IMG/VR virus record: IMGVR_UViG_3300003877_000001
Location: 186,001-250,000 of that record
DNA: 64,000 nucleotides
Direction: 5' to 3' (one strand)
A program made the translations under genes and the position numbers. Each line of letters opens with the position of its first letter. The first letter of the stretch is position 1. Below are positions 59,521 to 64,000 of this stretch, piece by piece. The notes under the pieces were generated by a model, which worked only from the letters and a program-made list of their open reading frames with translations, did no database searches and was not told where the DNA came from.

Positions 59521-60414
59521 TTAAATTGTAAGCTTATTTTTAAAATCTTTTAGGTTAAATGCTGGACTTAAATCCCATTTGTTTTTTCTTGCTGGATATA
59601 CTCTCACGTTAGCATGATTGTATATACCTTCAAAAGTACCACTAATAATTTCTTCATGATAATCATGGTCAGCAATTATTTCTTTCTTAATATTATATTT
59701 ATTACATAGGTAATTTACCAACCATAAGGTTGAATCTACTTGCTCTGTTGGGTATGGTGCAAAGTAATAATATCCTCTCCATCCTTTTTTTATATGTACA
59801 GGTTCATATTGTAATCTATTATAAGGTATAAGTCCATCAGCATCATCACCTAACACCCAATAAAATTTATCGTTCTTTTTAACCATATGACCTTCATTTA
59901 CTAATTCAATCCCTATTGATTGTTTATCTAAATATTTTCTTCTACTCCCAATACCTAAATGATATGCCCACATTTGAGGGTCAAAGTGTTGATATATATT
60001 TCCTTTATGATCTATTGAAAATGCTGTTGATACGTGTCCATTGGTTGATTTCCACCAATTAAAGTGATTCATTGAGGGTCTGTCCTTAGTACCTTTTCTT
60101 ACTGTCCATCCGTTTGTATGGTGTAAAACAATATTCTTTTTAGCTATTGGTTCTGCAAAATATTTTTTAGTTGTAAGTACATATTTATCATCAATAATCC
60201 TTTTTTCGTTTTTATTATTTAATAATAATCCCCATGTAGATTTACCTACAATACCATCAGTACTAAGATTGTTTTTCTTTTGAAATTCAATAACTAAATC
60301 TTCAGTACCATTACCAAATATCCCATCAACACCCGTATGAAATCCATGATTATTTAATAAGATTTGTAATGATCTTACTCCATAGCCTCTACTTCCTATT
60401 CTTAACATTTCCAT
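59521..60414 (-). CDS. Endolysin: PG-binding domain plus N-acetylmuramoyl-L-alanine amidase (Amidase_2)
   Basis: LQILLN...VDGIFG...DGIVGKSTW; IVLHHT, WAYHLG, SIGIELVN, HANV. Confidence 0.88.
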   Translation of the reverse strand: MEMLRIGSRGYGVRSLQILLNNHGFHTGVDGIFGNGTEDLVIEFQKKNNLSTDGIVGKSTWGLLLNNKNEKRIIDDKYVLTTKKYFAEPIAKKNIVLHHTNGWTVRKGTKDRPSMNHFNWWKSTNGHVSTAFSIDHKGNIYQHFDPQMWAYHLGIGSRRKYLDKQSIGIELVNEGHMVKKNDKFYWVLGDDADGLIPYNRLQYEPVHIKKGWRGYYYFAPYPTEQVDSTLWLVNYLCNKYNIKKEIIADHDYHEEIISGTFEGIYNHANVRVYPARKNKWDLSPAFNLKDFKNKLTI

Positions 60415-60440
60415 ATTAAAATTCTTTTATATAAAATACT

Positions 60441-63400
60441 TTATAAATTACCAGTAAATTTAAATTTTGCATTTTTTCTAGTTGCAGAAGTATCTACATA
60501 ATCAGAAGGTTTATAACCAGCAAGTTTTATCATTTTCTGAACATGTTCATTAATTTGTGGTTTTTTATTACCTTCACATATTGTTTGTTTTCCTTTAGCA
60601 ACTTTACTTACTTTACCACCATTAATGTAAAAATCAAACGAATTCATCATATTTCTCATTTCAACATTTTCATTAACTTTTTGAGTATATAAATTACCCA
60701 TACCTTCAACAATTAATTTAGTTCCTTCTGGTTTTAATTTAATTGGTGTTTCGTTAACGTTAAAACTTATAAATTCTGTTTTATTCATAACATTAATAAA
60801 TTTACCAGCAACAATATGATTTTCTTTTATACCTTTAGGATTGTTAAATTTACTGATGTTTTTATCAAATTGAGTTTTTTGAACAGTATCTTCTTCAACA
60901 GGCATAGTATCTTTATTATACATTGGTGCATTTGCTCTGAATTTCATTTTTTCTTGACGTTGATCGTAGATGGTTTCACCCATATCTTTCTTCATTCTTT
61001 CTTCAAATCTTTCATCTGGTTTATTATCATAAACAATATCTTGCATACCTAGACCACGATTTAACATGATATCATCAGCTTCTTCATCTGTAGAATTTCT
61101 CTTAGGAATATCTTTGTTGGTATCATTGGTTGAATTACCATCATTTTTTAATGCATTGAATCCATGTTGTTTCATTTTATCCTTTTCAATTTTTTCAGCT
61201 AGTTCATAAGGATTTTCAGAAACTTCTTCAATTTGCTCTTTAGCAGTTAATTCATCTTGCTCTGTTGCTAATTCAGCACTATTACTATTTTTTACATCTG
61301 CTTTGAAGTTCTTAGAATTATCTTTATGGAGTCTATCCATTTGTACAAGTGCTGATGGTCTTTTATCTTCTTTCAATGTTTCAATACCACCAACCATTTC
61401 TTTTAATTTTTTCATATGCTTTTTATTTTGCTCTAATTCCTTTTTATAATCGGTATGTTTCTTTTCGATTTTATTTTCTCTTTCTTTTTCTTTTTTATTT
61501 CTAAACTCAACATTAAATTTATTATCACTTGCTTTAGAATTTTTAGATTTTTTATTTTTCTTTTCACAAGCACCCTTTTCACCTGCTAATTTACCTGCAA
61601 CAGGTTTTTCATCTCTTCTACATTGTCCTTCTTCATCTAATTGTGAACCACAATTTTCACATACTTGTTCTTTAACTGTTATACTATTATATTTACCCAA
61701 ATCTTTGTTTTTAGGTGCACCAGTTTTTTCTGGTTTCTTATATTCTGGATAATACCCATCACTTCTATTATTAAACCCAGTTAAACCACCATGAGACGTA
61801 CCAACTTCAGCAAAATCATTATTATTATCAAAACTCACATCATCCTTTCTACCATGATTATTTAAATCAAATTCAGGACCGTTCTCATTCATTCCCATAT
61901 TAATATCACCACTCGAACCTTGCACATCTTTCATCGTGTTAACCATAGTTGTTGGATTATCACCAATAATACTATCTTCAGTACCTGATACAATACCCTC
62001 ATCAACTCTTTTCACTGGAAGTCCTTTATGTTTGGTTGATGCAAAATCTTCAACATCATCTGGTTTCATTTCTTTTGCAACCTTTTCAACCGATGCACTA
62101 GGGTTTTCTAATTCACCCTTTTGTGCAGCATGAACCATACCCATAAATTGTTGTTGTTTTTTAGATTTTGCTTTTTCATTTAAATCATCAGCTTCACCCA
62201 TTGGATTAATTGCTGTTTGATTTCTCATTACTTGTTGAAAAATTCTATCAATATCTATATTAGGTAAATGACTTAACATTTGTACATCACCAAATTTATT
62301 TTTACCCTTTTGTATAATTTTCTTAATTTTTTCTTCTTTAGAATTAATTCCACCTAATAAATTATCCATTGAACCTCTAACATCCCCAATACCATCTTCA
62401 CGTAATTCACCCTCACCGATTCCAAAACCACGTTTTAATTTACTAAACATACCTCTTTTTTCAGGATCATTAAATTTCTGACCTAATTGTTTGCTAATAT
62501 TTTGTGCAACATTTTTAATATTATCATATGCTTTTTTTGCATTAGGATCGGTTGGTATTCTTTTTAGTAGAGTATCCATTTGTTGATATGCATTTTTCAA
62601 TTGGTGTTGCTGCATTTGTTTATTATCTGTCATATCAAATTCAGCCATAGGAACACGACTCATATCATTTGGAGAATCCATACCCTCATTTAAACTATTA
62701 TAAATATCTTTGAACATATTGGTGTTAACTATATAATTTTCACCAATAATTTCACCACCTTTCCAAGCTGGTTTATTTGTTACATTGTCTTTACTCTTTT
62801 TACGGAAAGGACCTTCATAAGCACCTGAACTTGCACTAGTTGTGGTTTCATCTAATTGTTCTTCACAATCCTCACAATTATCGCAACCACAATCTTCATC
62901 AACGATGTTTTTTGGTTTATTGTCTTTAGATGATGTAAATGCACCTAATGATTTATTTTCATATACATTATTTTTTGCACCTAATGCTGTTGAAAATGCA
63001 CCTGATGATGCTGCACCAGTAGTTTCTTTTATTTCATATTCATATTGATTTTCTACATATTCATCATCAACATTAATACTAACAGTATTATACTTTTTAT
63101 TTTTTTTGTCATAATCACCAACTTTAAGAGGATCAGTATCATTCATAGCCATTTTATTTGCTTGAGTAATTGATGCATCACTATTTGAAAAGTTATCATG
63201 TTGTTTAGTGATACCACCCTTTATATCTTCATTAGTATTATTCATTGTATCATATTTTTTATTTATTCTATGAGTTAAGTATTCTCTATCATCAAAAGTA
63301 CCACTACCATCTGTATTAAGATTATTATCCATTATACCATCTTCTTCAATCACACCAGTAAGTGAATTATTATGTGTTGGAGCATCACCTTCAGTTCTAG

Positions 63401-63833
63401 CTTTAGGTGCTGCTGAATTTTTTTGCATTTTTTCTTTACCCTTTTGTTGTAATTGGTTAATACCTGATTTGTCTCTACGTTCTTTTTCAGCAGGAATTGC
63501 ATTTAAATATTTTTGTCTATAACCAGCATCATTAGTAACATATTCATTAAACAACATATTCATAATTGTTTCATTATAATGATACCCATATTTTTCCTGC
63601 CCATCTTCAGACATCTCATTATATTTCGCATTTAGTTTTGGATCACTAAATACTAAACTTTCCATTTTACTTAAATCCCAAACCTTTTTCTTAAATGATT
63701 GTTCTTTTTCTGTTAAAACAGAATTTATTTCTGTGAGATTTACATTACCTTTACCTAATTGAGATGTAAAATCTTTTTCAATTGCTTTACCTGCCTTACC
63801 CAATGGTTTTTCATTTGTTGATTTAAAGTCCAT
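60441..63833 (-). CDS. Large hydrophilic low-complexity protein (1130 aa), function unknown
   Basis: Long ORF rich in D/E/K/N; no catalytic motif recognised. Confidence 0.8.
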   Translation of the reverse strand: MDFKSTNEKPLGKAGKAIEKDFTSQLGKGNVNLTEINSVLTEKEQSFKKKVWDLSKMESLVFSDPKLNAKYNEMSEDGQEKYGYHYNETIMNMLFNEYVTNDAGYRQKYLNAIPAEKERRDKSGINQLQQKGKEKMQKNSAAPKARTEGDAPTHNNSLTGVIEEDGIMDNNLNTDGSGTFDDREYLTHRINKKYDTMNNTNEDIKGGITKQHDNFSNSDASITQANKMAMNDTDPLKVGDYDKKNKKYNTVSINVDDEYVENQYEYEIKETTGAASSGAFSTALGAKNNVYENKSLGAFTSSKDNKPKNIVDEDCGCDNCEDCEEQLDETTTSASSGAYEGPFRKKSKDNVTNKPAWKGGEIIGENYIVNTNMFKDIYNSLNEGMDSPNDMSRVPMAEFDMTDNKQMQQHQLKNAYQQMDTLLKRIPTDPNAKKAYDNIKNVAQNISKQLGQKFNDPEKRGMFSKLKRGFGIGEGELREDGIGDVRGSMDNLLGGINSKEEKIKKIIQKGKNKFGDVQMLSHLPNIDIDRIFQQVMRNQTAINPMGEADDLNEKAKSKKQQQFMGMVHAAQKGELENPSASVEKVAKEMKPDDVEDFASTKHKGLPVKRVDEGIVSGTEDSIIGDNPTTMVNTMKDVQGSSGDINMGMNENGPEFDLNNHGRKDDVSFDNNNDFAEVGTSHGGLTGFNNRSDGYYPEYKKPEKTGAPKNKDLGKYNSITVKEQVCENCGSQLDEEGQCRRDEKPVAGKLAGEKGACEKKNKKSKNSKASDNKFNVEFRNKKEKERENKIEKKHTDYKKELEQNKKHMKKLKEMVGGIETLKEDKRPSALVQMDRLHKDNSKNFKADVKNSNSAELATEQDELTAKEQIEEVSENPYELAEKIEKDKMKQHGFNALKNDGNSTNDTNKDIPKRNSTDEEADDIMLNRGLGMQDIVYDNKPDERFEERMKKDMGETIYDQRQEKMKFRANAPMYNKDTMPVEEDTVQKTQFDKNISKFNNPKGIKENHIVAGKFINVMNKTEFISFNVNETPIKLKPEGTKLIVEGMGNLYTQKVNENVEMRNMMNSFDFYINGGKVSKVAKGKQTICEGNKKPQINEHVQKMIKLAGYKPSDYVDTSATRKNAKFKFTGNL

Positions 63834-63837
63834 ATTC

Positions 63838-64000
63838 TTATTTTATATCACTTTGCCAAACTCCTTTTCTCACCCATAAAAATTCTGCTAGTTTGCTTAA
63901 ACCATTTTTTACTATGTTATTAACTTCTTTTCTAGCATCACTCCCTTGTTTAGAAAGCATCTTCTTTACTTCTCTTTCTAATTCGTTTTTTACGAATGAT
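63838..64000 (-). CDS. Hypothetical protein, truncated by window edge
   Basis: Open frame ending ...WQSDIK* at 63838. Confidence 0.6.
   Translation of the reverse strand, partial: SFVKNELEREVKKMLSKQGSDARKEVNNIVKNGLSKLAEFLWVRKGVWQSDIK

Overview
64 kb of a very AT-rich, large (probably jumbo) dsDNA phage genome using genetic code 11. The host is most likely Bacteroidota, because TAnnTTTG promoter boxes and A-rich, SD-less leaders recur throughout. Positions 1-13.2 kb hold small + strand genes, an ECF sigma factor, rIIA/rIIB and a macrodomain protein. Nearly everything from 14.3 kb onward is on the - strand: accessory genes, RNA repair and nucleotide enzymes, then tail-fibre and lysis genes. 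Highlights: (1) a 7-repeat CRISPR array (36-nt repeats resembling type VI-B/Cas-lambda repeats, mostly 30-nt spacers) directly downstream of a 531-aa TnpB/Cas12f-like nuclease with intact catalytic residues, anti-repeat fragments in between and no cas1/cas2 in the window; (2) a ~1.4-kb ORF-free, hairpin-rich transcription unit that looks like a giant ncRNA or ncRNA cluster; (3) an RNA ligase fractured into two genes by a gp41-1-like naturally split intein; (4) about 19 GTAACC-N15/16-CGTATA promoters, 10 with a palindromic operator as spacer; (5) attC-like TAAC...GTTA inverted-repeat architecture around accessory genes; (6) a 2H phosphoesterase that may be Acb1-like. All family assignments come from motifs read by eye and recalled consensus sequences; no database search was run.
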